The notes beneath the pieces were generated by a model, which was given only the letters and a program-made list of their open reading frames with translations, ran no database searches and had not been told where the DNA came from. Shown in pieces: positions 8,452 to 17,035 of a DNA stretch of 27,212 nucleotides (positions are counted from its first letter, which is position 1; each line of letters begins with the position of its first letter). Both the position numbers and the translations under genes were made by a program. This DNA is from Cyanophyceae cyanobacterium. Lineage in GTDB: Bacteria > Cyanobacteriota > Cyanobacteriia > Cyanobacteriales > JBHJGN01. Location: contig JBHJGN010000083.1 in the NCBI GenBank assembly GCA_050331735.1, positions 1-27,212 of the forward strand. The letters run 5' to 3'.

Positions 8452-9918
8452 CTACGTCTGAATTACTAAAGTTCCCATCATGCCTAAATCTTCGTGGTCA
8501 AGAATATGGCAGTGATACACGGTCTGACCGGGAAAATCACGAAAAGGAATGCGCAGACGGACCGTTTCTCCCCGACGAACCAAGGCCGTGTCTTTCCAAG
8601 CGCGGTAGGGTTCTGAGCGACCGTTGCGACTTACTACTTGAAACTGATTGCCATGAACGTGAAAGGGATGATCCATCGTTCCGGTATTGACAATTTCCCA
8701 CTCTTCTACCGTACCGAGCTGAACTTGCGTGTCAAGGCGATCGCGCTCGTAGGGCTGTCCGTTGATCAAAAACACCATTCCCTTACCGGGAGACATGCCG
8801 TGATTCAGCTCAAAGCGTCGTCCCTGCTGCGGTGCGGGTAAAGGCGGTACGGCCAATAGCTGCGTGGGTAAGGCAACGGAGTCGCTGGCAGCATTGTAGG
8901 TCAGCGTTGCTATCGTTGCCGGATCGCTATTGGTGCTATTGCCTCCCATTCTGCCTCTCCGATTCATCATGCCGCCCATCCCCATCGTGCCTCGGTCGTA
9001 GGGCCAGTTGAGCAGGCGATACTGTCCTGGTTCTCGATTGCCCTGCACCAATACGTCCACCCGTTCTCCGGGTGTCAGCAGCAGTTCGCTCACTTCTACA
9101 GGTTCGGCTAACGCGCCTCCATCGGTGGCGATTAGATGAAAGGGGTGATTTTCTAAAGACAGCCGATAGAAGCGGGAAGGGGAAGCATTAAGGATGCGCC
9201 AGCGCAGTAACCCATTCGCTGGAATGGAAAAAGAGGAATGGGGTTGACCATTTACAGTAATTAATTCTCCTTCTCGCCCCGTCATTAGCGACATCTGTGC
9301 TGACGGCAAAGGCTTTCCTGCTTGGTCAAGAGCAAAATCTTGCAGCACCAAAAATTCTTCTGTAGCGGTTTTCACTTGAGGAATTTCATCTAACTCCCCG
9401 CGCACTACAAATAAACCCGCTAACCCGCCAAATAGCTGTTCGGCAACGAAGCCGTGACGGTGGGGATGATACCAAAACAAACCAGCCGGATGGTCTTGAG
9501 GAATTGTAAATTCGTAGTTGAATGTCTCCCCTGGCTCAATGCTGAGCAAAACGTTATCGGCATTGCCTGTGACCGGAATGTGCAGTCCGTGATAGTGAAG
9601 ATTTGTTGGCTGGGAGAGGCTGTTGGTAAAACGAATGCGAACCGTATCACCCCCTTTGTCTTCTAGACGGGGTGCCGGGACTTGACCGTTATAGGTCAGC
9701 AAGTTTGCCTGCTGACTTCCCAATTGAACAGGATGGTAGCTGGCTTCTAAATCTAACTCCAATAAAGCATCGCTACTTTTGTACAGCCGAGTCGCATTGA
9801 CAGAGTTCGGTTTGGATGAATTAGAGTCAAAGCGTGTTTGAACGCAACTAGAAATAACAGCAGTTCCCGCACTGGCTGCACTGAGGGTGAGGAACTGGCG
9901 ACGATTAATTTTTGTCAT
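8452..9918 (-). CDS. Tat-exported three-domain multicopper oxidase (CueO/CopA-like)
   Basis: Tat motif NRRQFL. All four Cu-binding motifs are present: HYHG, WYHPH, HPFHVH and HCHILDHEDLGMM. A Met/Gly-rich loop reads MGMGGMMNRRGRMGG. Confidence 0.95.
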   Translation of the reverse strand: MTKINRRQFLTLSAASAGTAVISSCVQTRFDSNSSKPNSVNATRLYKSSDALLELDLEASYHPVQLGSQQANLLTYNGQVPAPRLEDKGGDTVRIRFTNSLSQPTNLHYHGLHIPVTGNADNVLLSIEPGETFNYEFTIPQDHPAGLFWYHPHRHGFVAEQLFGGLAGLFVVRGELDEIPQVKTATEEFLVLQDFALDQAGKPLPSAQMSLMTGREGELITVNGQPHSSFSIPANGLLRWRILNASPSRFYRLSLENHPFHLIATDGGALAEPVEVSELLLTPGERVDVLVQGNREPGQYRLLNWPYDRGTMGMGGMMNRRGRMGGNSTNSDPATIATLTYNAASDSVALPTQLLAVPPLPAPQQGRRFELNHGMSPGKGMVFLINGQPYERDRLDTQVQLGTVEEWEIVNTGTMDHPFHVHGNQFQVVSRNGRSEPYRAWKDTALVRRGETVRLRIPFRDFPGQTVYHCHILDHEDLGMMGTLVIQT

Positions 9919-9933
9919 CTGCTCAAATCAGTG

Positions 9934-10515
9934 CTAATAAGACTGATATTCGTTAAATACTTCGACTGCGCCATCTTTGTTAAACGCTACGACTTCAAAG
10001 GGCTGTTTGATATCGCCCGACTCCATTCCCGGCGTTCCGATAGGCATTCCCGGTACGGCTAAACCAGCATAATCGGGCTTTTGGGTCAGGAAACGCTTGA
10101 TATCATCGACGGGAATATGACCTTCCATCACGTAGCCATCAATAACGGTAGTGTGGCAGGAGGCTAGCTGGGTCGGTAAATTGTACTTCTGCTTAATTGC
10201 TGCCAGGTCGTCGGTTTTAATGTCTGTCACTTCAAAGCCGTGGCGTTTAGCATGTTCGATCCATCCTCCACAGCAGCCACAGTTAGGACTGCGATAAACC
10301 GTCATTTCTTTCACTCCCCTGTAGGATGGTTCGGTCTCCTGCTGCCAAACGCTGGCAGTTGTCACTGATGCAGGCTCTACAGGCGAATGGTCATGGGAAG
10401 CAACGGTTCCACCAAACAGGGTTACGGCGGCGTAAGTCGCTCCTAACCCAATCGTTACGATTCCAACTACCATCGGACGCGACCATTGACGTATCCAGGA
10501 AGATTGTTTGCTCAT
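9934..10515 (-). CDS. DUF411 / CopG-type exported metal-binding protein
   Basis: N-terminal hydrophobic anchor, SPNCGCC..W, SCHT, EGHIP and GLAVPGMP.GTPGME motifs. It lies 15 bp upstream of the oxidase gene. Confidence 0.9.
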   Translation of the reverse strand: MSKQSSWIRQWSRPMVVGIVTIGLGATYAAVTLFGGTVASHDHSPVEPASVTTASVWQQETEPSYRGVKEMTVYRSPNCGCCGGWIEHAKRHGFEVTDIKTDDLAAIKQKYNLPTQLASCHTTVIDGYVMEGHIPVDDIKRFLTQKPDYAGLAVPGMPIGTPGMESGDIKQPFEVVAFNKDGAVEVFNEYQSY

Positions 10516-10617
10516 TCTCAATTATCAGTGATGTGTTGTATTGAAGCTGTTTTATGACGAAGTAAATACGTCGCACCATCTTATTAATCTTTAACTAGCT
10601 CAGATAGTTTTTCTACT

Positions 10618-11409
10618 TTACCGAGTATTTTGCAGTTGAACGATTGCGTCAGGTTCAACTTCTTTTAGCTTTGCGGATTCAGCTTCTCCTGTGACAGTAG
10701 AAAAAAGCAGAACTGCACCCATAACCGCCATGATTGCATTTTCTGCAAAGCTAACGATGCCTAATGGCGTTCTAGAACCGCCGCCAACACAGGCGCAGTT
10801 AAGATCTAGCTTGTCGATGTAAACTGCTTTGAAAACCGAAATTCCTCCGCTAACTCCAATCACCAAGGATGTTATGCCTGTTGCTAAGGGTGCAACTCCT
10901 GATAGAAAGCCCAATCCGATCGCAAGTTCTGCAAAGGGATAGACTCTAGCATAGGGTTTAAGTTTTTGAGTAATTAAATCGTATTTAGCAAATCCTTCGG
11001 CAAAAGAGTCAATATCCATGAGCTTGAGAGAAGCTAACAAGGATAGAGAAAAACCCATAAATCCCGTCAAGCCCATTGTGGTTGCTAAAGCCATCAGTCC
11101 GGCGGTAGAAAATACAGCAATAACGGGAGTATAGGAAGTTTCTGATTCTTCAGATGCTACTTCTACATCTAATTTTTCTGCCAAATCGGTATAGCCACCG
11201 ATTCTTTCCTCTCCGGCAAAAATCTGTGGAGTCATGCTAACACCGTGTTTAGCCTTAAAAGCATCGATTTCTTCGCGCGATCGCAATGTCCGATCTTCAA
11301 AGTCAATGCCTTGTTCCTTGAGTAAATCAACGGCTTTAAGTCCCCAAGGGCACTCGTGTTCTGGGGTAGACATCCGATACAGCCTGACTTTTTCTAAAGC
11401 TTTACCCAT
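10618..11409 (-). CDS. Glutaredoxin-like domain fused to a MauE/DoxX-family membrane domain
   Basis: ECPWG and TPQIF....IGGY.DL (Grx fold). MauE part has YDLI, YPFAEL and LNCACVGG...PLG.VS..EN. ATG at 11409 (ORF open to 11427). Confidence 0.88.
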   Translation of the reverse strand: MGKALEKVRLYRMSTPEHECPWGLKAVDLLKEQGIDFEDRTLRSREEIDAFKAKHGVSMTPQIFAGEERIGGYTDLAEKLDVEVASEESETSYTPVIAVFSTAGLMALATTMGLTGFMGFSLSLLASLKLMDIDSFAEGFAKYDLITQKLKPYARVYPFAELAIGLGFLSGVAPLATGITSLVIGVSGGISVFKAVYIDKLDLNCACVGGGSRTPLGIVSFAENAIMAVMGAVLLFSTVTGEAESAKLKEVEPDAIVQLQNTR

Positions 11410-11441
11410 CTTTTTAACCTGAATCAACTAGCGATAACTCT

Positions 11442-11473
11442 AAGATAGACTCTCCAGTCAGCTAGAGAGTCAA
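11442..11473 (-). promoter_or_regulatory. MerR-family (ZntR-type) metal-responsive promoter/operator driving the Grx-MauE / CopG / oxidase cluster
   Basis: The minus strand reads TTGACT-N20-TATCTT. The dyad GACTCTCTAG-CTGA-CTGGAGAGTC (9 of 10 arm matches) spans the spacer. Confidence 0.85.
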
Positions 11474-11550
11474 GAGATGGAATAATTAAATTGTGTGAAC
11501 AGTCCTCCACTTCGCGATGGGGCTTGCGTTTACTTTGACGGTACTGACTC

Positions 11551-12316
11551 CTATCCCTCTTCTGTCAAACTCCGCAGTTAAGAAGTAATAAATAGGCGAG
11601 TTTATCCGTCAGAAAAGTAAGATCAAAACTGATTCATGAGGGCAATGAGAGTCACGAAAGCCCAGCAATAGCTTAGAATTGAGAAAAACAGCTATCCAGG
11701 GATAAATACACCACAATAAGATGAGTGGTTGAAGAATCAAACGAAGATTATTGAGGGCATGTTTCCAGCCCCTTTTGATGATTCCATTGTGGATGACGAG
11801 GAAAATTCCTCGGAATCTTGTCAGCAGTAGGTAGGGTTTGAGATTAATTGAAAGAACAGAATACTTTCGTATTCAAACTAATCATCAAATAAGCACTCAT
11901 GATGATTTCCCACCACTTCTCAAAGTTCCGCCGGAAGAGGTTCCGGCGGCTGCTTTGAGCAAGCTCAATTTGCTCAAACTTGGTGAAGCGATAGTCGGTC
12001 CAACCCAACCCTTGTTTGTACTGTCGGAAGCTATATTCAACCCAGGTTCTCAATCCATAAAGATTGCCAAGAACCTTCTTGAGCTAAGAACTTTTACCAG
12101 CAAGGTTGGTCAGAACGAACGAAGTAGAATTGTCCGGCATTGTTTCCGGGTCAGTGGTAACTGCCCAATAGGTTCTCGCATCTCTCTTGCCGAAAATAAT
12201 TTCTCGGATATATCTAGTTTCAGCAGTGTGGTCGCTAAACACTCGCTCAAACTTACACCACTTGTTAACTCTCACCTTCTGCTCGGAGGGCATTAACACT
12301 CCATGATTACGAGAGA
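11551..12316 (-). pseudogene. Degenerate IS701-family transposase (C-terminal half) with a probable right IS end
   Basis: RNHGV..P...KVR.NKW, RYIREIIFGKR, LYGLRTWVEY.FRQ.KQ.LGWTDYR and EKWWEII.SAYLMISL are IS701-like. Lesions: in-frame TAG at 12084-12086, TAA at 11844-11846, a frameshift near HPQWNHQKG/WKHALNNLRLILQP and a missing 5' half. A terminus-like TGACAGAAGAGGGATAG lies at about 11551-11567. Confidence 0.85.
11919..11968. repeat. 45-bp palindromic insertion flanked by 5-bp direct repeats (CTCAA) inside the transposase remnant
   Basis: CTCAAAG-TT-CCGCCGGAA-GAGG-TTCCGGCGG-CTG-CTTTGAG forms a hairpin. CTCAA occurs at 11919-11923 and 11964-11968. It adds 15 codons between EQIE and KWWE. 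Confidence 0.8.
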
Positions 12317-12404
12317 TAAGTAGGTGGGCACAAAAAAACTCAAAATGAGCGCTGTCTTGCCTCCCCTGTCTCTGTTTTTAACTTGTATTACGCCTCCCTA
12401 CTTA
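12317..12404. mobile_element. 88-bp MITE-like element with TA ends
   Basis: Terminal inverted repeats TAAGTAGGTGGGC and GCCTCCCTACTTA match at 11 of 13 positions. TA at both ends, non-coding interior. It sits where the IS701 homology stops. Confidence 0.7.
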
Positions 12405-12642
12405 AAACCAGATTTGTGGCTAGAGCCGCTGCCTTAAAGACAAACTCCAATAATCTACTCCCTAAGCGATCAATCGGGCGCTTTCAGTAATTATGCTCAT
12501 TTCCGATAATGTTGTGTTTCAATTCGAGCTTTTTTTCCTAAATAACGCCGATTACGCCTTCTGAGAGTTTTTGTTATCTTTTGTAAACAGTATAATCGGT
12601 AACGAAAACTAAATGTGTAGGTGTGGGAAACCTCTCCTGGAT

Positions 12643-13209
12643 ATGGGAACTAACTTAAATCGACTAACGCCGCTCGTCACCAAGCTGGCTATAATTCCTT
12701 TCGTATTTCTGTCTGGAGGTGGATGTGCCGGACAGCAAATCCAAGCCAGCGACTCTGTAGAGGGAGAAACTCAGGTGGTTGGCTGGGTAGAAAACGGAAA
12801 AATTGCGGGAATTGAAGAAGAAATTAAGTTCAAGCTCGATACAGGAGCCACAACAACTTCTATTAACGCCGAAATCATAGAACAGCCCAATGCAGACACC
12901 GAATCTGGTGGAATGATTAAATTCCGCTATCTAGATGGAGAAGCCGTGTCTCGGGTTTACGAGCTTCCGGTCGTGCGGTGGGTTAAAATCGAGAGCCGCA
13001 CCCAAGACTATATTCGTCGTCCGGTTGTGCAGATGAAGATGTGCGTCGCTGGTCGCTGGATAGAATCCGAAGTTAACCTCTCTGACCGAGACGATTTTAA
13101 CTATTCTGTGCTGGTGGGACGCAACATGCTATCGAAAGGAAAATTAGCCGTCGACTCAGCTCAGACGTTCACGCAAGAGCCCACCTGTCCAGCGGAGGAA
13201 GGATCGTGA
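12643..13209 (+). CDS. Retropepsin-like aspartic peptidase (Zn_protease / RimB / RloA-like), probable lipoprotein
   Basis: VGWVE, KLDTGA.TTSI, RRPVV, E.NL.DR..FNY.VLVGRN.L motifs. Hydrophobic leader ending LSGGGC. Its stop overlaps the next GTG (GTGA). ORF open from 12613. Confidence 0.88.
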   Translation: MGTNLNRLTPLVTKLAIIPFVFLSGGGCAGQQIQASDSVEGETQVVGWVENGKIAGIEEEIKFKLDTGATTTSINAEIIEQPNADTESGGMIKFRYLDGEAVSRVYELPVVRWVKIESRTQDYIRRPVVQMKMCVAGRWIESEVNLSDRDDFNYSVLVGRNMLSKGKLAVDSAQTFTQEPTCPAEEGS

Positions 13210-14828
13210 AGCGGAACCTCCATGCCATTCTATTAGCCTTATTCTTATCAGCAGTGGGGCTGACGATCTTTGTTCACAAGCTGATGGCGGCAGATTTCCC
13301 GTTGCTGCCTGAGCGCACCTTTAGCAGTTGGTATGTCGAAGCCAAAATTGCCTTAACTTCGCAACTATCGCCTCTAGCAACAGCGGAATTACCAACCAGC
13401 ATTCGGTTTCATCTCCCTCAAGATTCTTCCCGCTATCGGATTGTTGCCGAAGATTTTGTTAACGTAGGATTTGAGCGTCAGCTCGAACAGCAAGACAACG
13501 GCAACCGCCTCGCTGTCTTTAGCAAGCAGCAAAACGACGACGGTAGCGAATTTATTTTTTATCGAGCGAATGTAGAACGGAACTCCGACTATTCCCCAAT
13601 CGAAAAGCCAGTGACTATTTCAGGCAGGCGGCTGGTGGACCAGCAGCTCGTTCAGTTTGGCGCTCATACAGAAAGAGTCAAAGAAAATCGGGCGGAAAAT
13701 TTACCAGCCCCAGAAATAGTGGGACTGATTCAGGAAGCCAAAGCTCAATCTAGCGATCACCTGTCTTTCGCTCGGCAGATCTATCAGCTAGCGCTACAAA
13801 CAGACGATATCCGCATCCAGTCTATTAGCAGAACGGTGAGAAAACCGGATTCTACGGTTCAGACCGCCGCCTTTTTGTTAGAACGAGCGGAGGTTCCTGT
13901 CAGAATCGGGAACGGCATTTTCCTGCGGGGGGATGAAGTTTATTCCACCGATTTTATTGAGTGGCTAGAAGTTAAAGACGGCGATCGCTGGCTGGCATTC
14001 GATCCGGTGGATGGCAGATTTGAAGAACAAGACCGCTACTTAACGTGGTGGTATGGAAGCGATCGCGTTTTGCAAGCCGCAGGAGCAGAAAACGTCACGC
14101 TTGCCGTCGTCGTTCAGCCGAACACCAATAGCGGACTGACTCGCTCCGTTTTACAGGACGAGCAAATTGAGAGTCCCTTCCTAAAGTATTCCTTTCTCAC
14201 ACTACCGCTGGCAACCCAACGAGTCATCCAAATTCTGCTGCTCATTCCCATTGGGGCTTTACTGATTTCTATTCTGCATCAGATAGGAGGCTTGCCGACT
14301 TTTGGGACATTCACGCCCATCTTAATTTCCCTAGCCTTTCGCCAAACGGGACTAGGAGTCGGGATTGGGCTATTCGTCCTCGTCGTCATCATTGGGCTAC
14401 TGTTTCGGGGCTATCTCAACCAGCTACAGCTATTAATCGTCCCGAGGCTCGCTGCCATTTTAACGGCAACAGTCTTAATCATCGGATTTTTGGCCATCCT
14501 CATGAATAACCTCAACCTCAATTTAGGGTTGTCCGTCTCTTTGTTCCCCATCGTTATCCTGGCGATGACCATTGAACGAGCATCGTCTATGTGGGAAGAA
14601 GATGGAGCAACAGAAACGATCGTTGCTGGACTCGGTACAGCGGTCGCCGCTATCGTTGGTTATTTTTTGACGACCAACGACTACGTTCAGCACTGGCTCT
14701 TTCTCTTCCCCGAACTCTTACTTGTTGTTTTAGGAATTAATATTTTGGTCGGACGCTACAGCGGCTACAAGCTAACCGAATATTTCCGCTTTAAATCTTT
14801 AGAGCAGCTCAAGCAAGCGAACGGGTGA
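13206..14828 (+). CDS. Inactive transglutaminase domain fused to a 7TM domain (Transglut_i_TM + 7TM_transglut; RloB-like)
   Basis: N-terminal TM, W.VEAKI, transglutaminase-like VPVRIGNG..L / EWLEV / WLAFDP lacking the catalytic Cys and His. C-terminal TM block with TFGTFTPILI.LAF, VPRLAA.L, LFP.VILAMTIER and GRYSGYKLTEY.RF. Confidence 0.9.
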   Translation: MKRNLHAILLALFLSAVGLTIFVHKLMAADFPLLPERTFSSWYVEAKIALTSQLSPLATAELPTSIRFHLPQDSSRYRIVAEDFVNVGFERQLEQQDNGNRLAVFSKQQNDDGSEFIFYRANVERNSDYSPIEKPVTISGRRLVDQQLVQFGAHTERVKENRAENLPAPEIVGLIQEAKAQSSDHLSFARQIYQLALQTDDIRIQSISRTVRKPDSTVQTAAFLLERAEVPVRIGNGIFLRGDEVYSTDFIEWLEVKDGDRWLAFDPVDGRFEEQDRYLTWWYGSDRVLQAAGAENVTLAVVVQPNTNSGLTRSVLQDEQIESPFLKYSFLTLPLATQRVIQILLLIPIGALLISILHQIGGLPTFGTFTPILISLAFRQTGLGVGIGLFVLVVIIGLLFRGYLNQLQLLIVPRLAAILTATVLIIGFLAILMNNLNLNLGLSVSLFPIVILAMTIERASSMWEEDGATETIVAGLGTAVAAIVGYFLTTNDYVQHWLFLFPELLLVVLGINILVGRYSGYKLTEYFRFKSLEQLKQANG

Positions 14829-14896
14829 AGCTTAATTAAACCAGAGAGCCTGCTGTCTCAAAAAGTAGGCAGAACGCAAGCGCAGTAGTCAGGGCG

Positions 14897-14917
14897 CAAT
14901 CAACAATCAACAATCAG
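14897..14917 (+). repeat. Short tandem heptamer repeat (CAATCAA x3)
   Basis: CAATCAA CAATCAA CAATCAG in the spacer, an STRR-like repeat. Confidence 0.55.
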
Positions 14918-14986
14918 CAAAAAAACAAACACCCCACATCCGACACTCACCTTCCCCATTTTTTCTTGAACGACACCCAGCCACTG

Positions 14987-15949
14987 ATGTTTCCTTTTTC
15001 ATTTCAGAATCACGGTATTTTAGGCATCAACGCCCGGAACCTTGATTATTTATTTCCTAACAACCCCCGTCGCCTCTACAGCTTGGCAGACTCTAAGCTA
15101 GAAACTAAAAAAATTGCCGAGAGTATTGGGGTTGCCGTTCCAGAAACTTACGGAGTGATTCGGTTTCAAAATGAGGTTAAAACCATCTCTAAGCTCGTTG
15201 GCGATCGCCAGTCTTTTGTTGTCAAACCAGCTAGAGGCAGTGGGGGAGACGGAATCTTGGTGATTAAAGAAGCGACAGCGGAAGAGTATCGGCAAGCCAG
15301 CGGTACTGTTCTCAGTCGCGACGACTTACAGTATCATCTCTACAATATCCTCGGCGGGATGTTTTCTCTCTCCGGAAGAGATGTTGTCATCATCGAAGCA
15401 GTCGTCGAGTTCGATTCGGTGTTTGATGAGATTGCCTATCAGGGAGTTCCCGATATTCGCATTATTGTCTATCATGGTGTGCCAGCAATGGCCATGCTGC
15501 GTTTACCCACGCAGGCTTCTGACGGAAAAGCTAACTTACACAGAGGCGGTGTGGGAGTGGGGATCGATCTGGCAACGGGCAAAACGACAACCGGAATTCA
15601 ATCCAATCGCTACATTAACAACCATCCTGAAACCGGTCATCCCTTGGGCGATCACCAAATTCCTGACTGGCACACTCTCCTCGAGATGGCAGCAAAATTG
15701 GGGGAAAAGACGGCCTTTAACTATCTAGGAGTCGATATCGTCCTCGATCGCCAGCAGGGACCACTGCTATTGGAAATCAACGCTCGCCCAGGGCTTTCGA
15801 TTCAAATCGCCAATGGAGAAGGGCTGATTGGCCGACTCGAAACGATTGATGCTGCCTTACCAAAGCTGACCAATGTTTCCGAAAAAATCGAGTTTGCCCA
15901 GAGGAATTTTAGCTTGCTAAACGCAGCCCTTAGAAGAAATTCCGAGTGA
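14987..15949 (+). CDS. Alpha-L-glutamate ligase-like ATP-grasp protein (RimK-related)
   Basis: GILGINARN..Y....NPR, FVVKPARGSGGDGILVI, YQGVPDIRII, SDGKANLH.GGVGVGID, YLGVDIVLD and LLEINARPGLSIQIAN. ATG at 14987 (ORF open from 14966). Confidence 0.93.
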   Translation: MFPFSFQNHGILGINARNLDYLFPNNPRRLYSLADSKLETKKIAESIGVAVPETYGVIRFQNEVKTISKLVGDRQSFVVKPARGSGGDGILVIKEATAEEYRQASGTVLSRDDLQYHLYNILGGMFSLSGRDVVIIEAVVEFDSVFDEIAYQGVPDIRIIVYHGVPAMAMLRLPTQASDGKANLHRGGVGVGIDLATGKTTTGIQSNRYINNHPETGHPLGDHQIPDWHTLLEMAAKLGEKTAFNYLGVDIVLDRQQGPLLLEINARPGLSIQIANGEGLIGRLETIDAALPKLTNVSEKIEFAQRNFSLLNAALRRNSE

Positions 15950-16180
15950 ACGTTTAGCGTGCTTGACAGTAGAAAAGTCTGTTCTCGATCAGAACGAGTC
16001 AAGCCAAACTATCTAGTCGTTTACTGAGCTAGCCGGCGATCTTCAGGCAATCTACTGAGAGGAGCAACGATAAGTTGAAGGCGATACTGGGCGATTTACG
16101 GAGGTAGCGCGAGGGTCAGCCCTCCTACAATGGAACGTGTTTTATCTGACTACGCATCCTCGTTCCTCTAGGAAATTGAC

Positions 16181-16924
16181 ATGGGCGTTACCAAAATTAA
16201 AGCAGCTATTACTTTGTCAATCTTGTTATCGAGTTGTCATGTCCTAGCAGATGACCCAGTTTTAGTCGATTATCGTTCTTCTCCAGAGCTAACGACCGAT
16301 TCAACTCACCCGGAGTCAGTGCTCACTCAAGCCGTTCCGGAAACTCCTTGTCCAGATGCTACGCCTCAAATTTTAGACGCTGCGGTTGGCTCCTTTACTG
16401 CTGCTAACACCTCTCAACGTGCCTACTTAATTGAGCTTGGCGATCGCTGTCGCGTCACTTCTCCTCGCAACACTAGCACCACAAGACTCGCTATTTTTTC
16501 CGGAACGGAGCTGATCGATCATCAAGACTTTGTTGGCTTCAACAGCATTAGAGCCGTTAAAGACAGCAATCGAGATGGGACAGATGAAATTGTCATCGAA
16601 GCAAGCTGGCTCGGTCAAGGGTATCAAACAATCTCTGCCCAGCTAATTGATATCAAGCCCGATCGCATCGCTATTCTCAAAGACTTAGAGCAAGTTTACC
16701 TAGATAACTTCGGGCTACCACAAAGCCAATATCGAGTGGCGTCCGTCATTTCTTTAAACAGTAGCTCTAGCACCGAGGGTTTTACTAGAGAAAACTATGT
16801 AGCATCTTGCTCTCAACCCACCAATCAACGTGATGCAGAATGCTCGCCGTATGAATACATCTCCTCTGGCGATTTTCCCACTCCTGATGAAATACAGAAA
16901 TTTATTAATACAGCAGATAACTAA
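16181..16924 (+). CDS. Hypothetical lipoprotein (candidate immunity protein)
   Basis: Basic N-terminus, hydrophobic core and lipobox LLSS-C. DxNxDG Ca-binding-type loop (DSNRDGTDEIVI). Four further Cys. Predicted beta-rich. No family recognised. Confidence 0.75.
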   Translation: MGVTKIKAAITLSILLSSCHVLADDPVLVDYRSSPELTTDSTHPESVLTQAVPETPCPDATPQILDAAVGSFTAANTSQRAYLIELGDRCRVTSPRNTSTTRLAIFSGTELIDHQDFVGFNSIRAVKDSNRDGTDEIVIEASWLGQGYQTISAQLIDIKPDRIAILKDLEQVYLDNFGLPQSQYRVASVISLNSSSSTEGFTRENYVASCSQPTNQRDAECSPYEYISSGDFPTPDEIQKFINTADN

Positions 16925-16961
16925 GCCCTCTGTTGCGACAAGCAATTGAAAACAACAACAA

Positions 16962-16996
16962 GCTTACAGCTAATCGCTAACGGCTAACAGCTAAAT
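16962..16996 (+). repeat. Five tandem heptamers (GCTAACA-like STRR)
   Basis: GCTTACA GCTAATC GCTAACG GCTAACA GCTAAAT. Confidence 0.7.
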
Positions 16997-17035
16997 TCAA
17001 ACCCTTGCATTAGCACTCAAAAGGAAAGGTTAATT

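Noticed and set aside
11478..11546. Possible additional IS ends (AAATTGTGTGAACAGTCC and CTTTGACGGTACTG)
   Set aside because: They resemble IS termini, but there is no partner repeat or transposase in the window, so they cannot be assigned without a database.
11838..12296. 152-aa plus-strand ORF
   Set aside because: It is the antisense shadow of the IS701 transposase remnant and has no recognisable motifs.
15950..16180. Possible ncRNA or gene remnant upstream of the lipoprotein
   Set aside because: Only imperfect hairpins (GCTTGAC...GTCAAGC; GAGGG...CCCTC) and short stop-interrupted frames are present, with nothing assignable.
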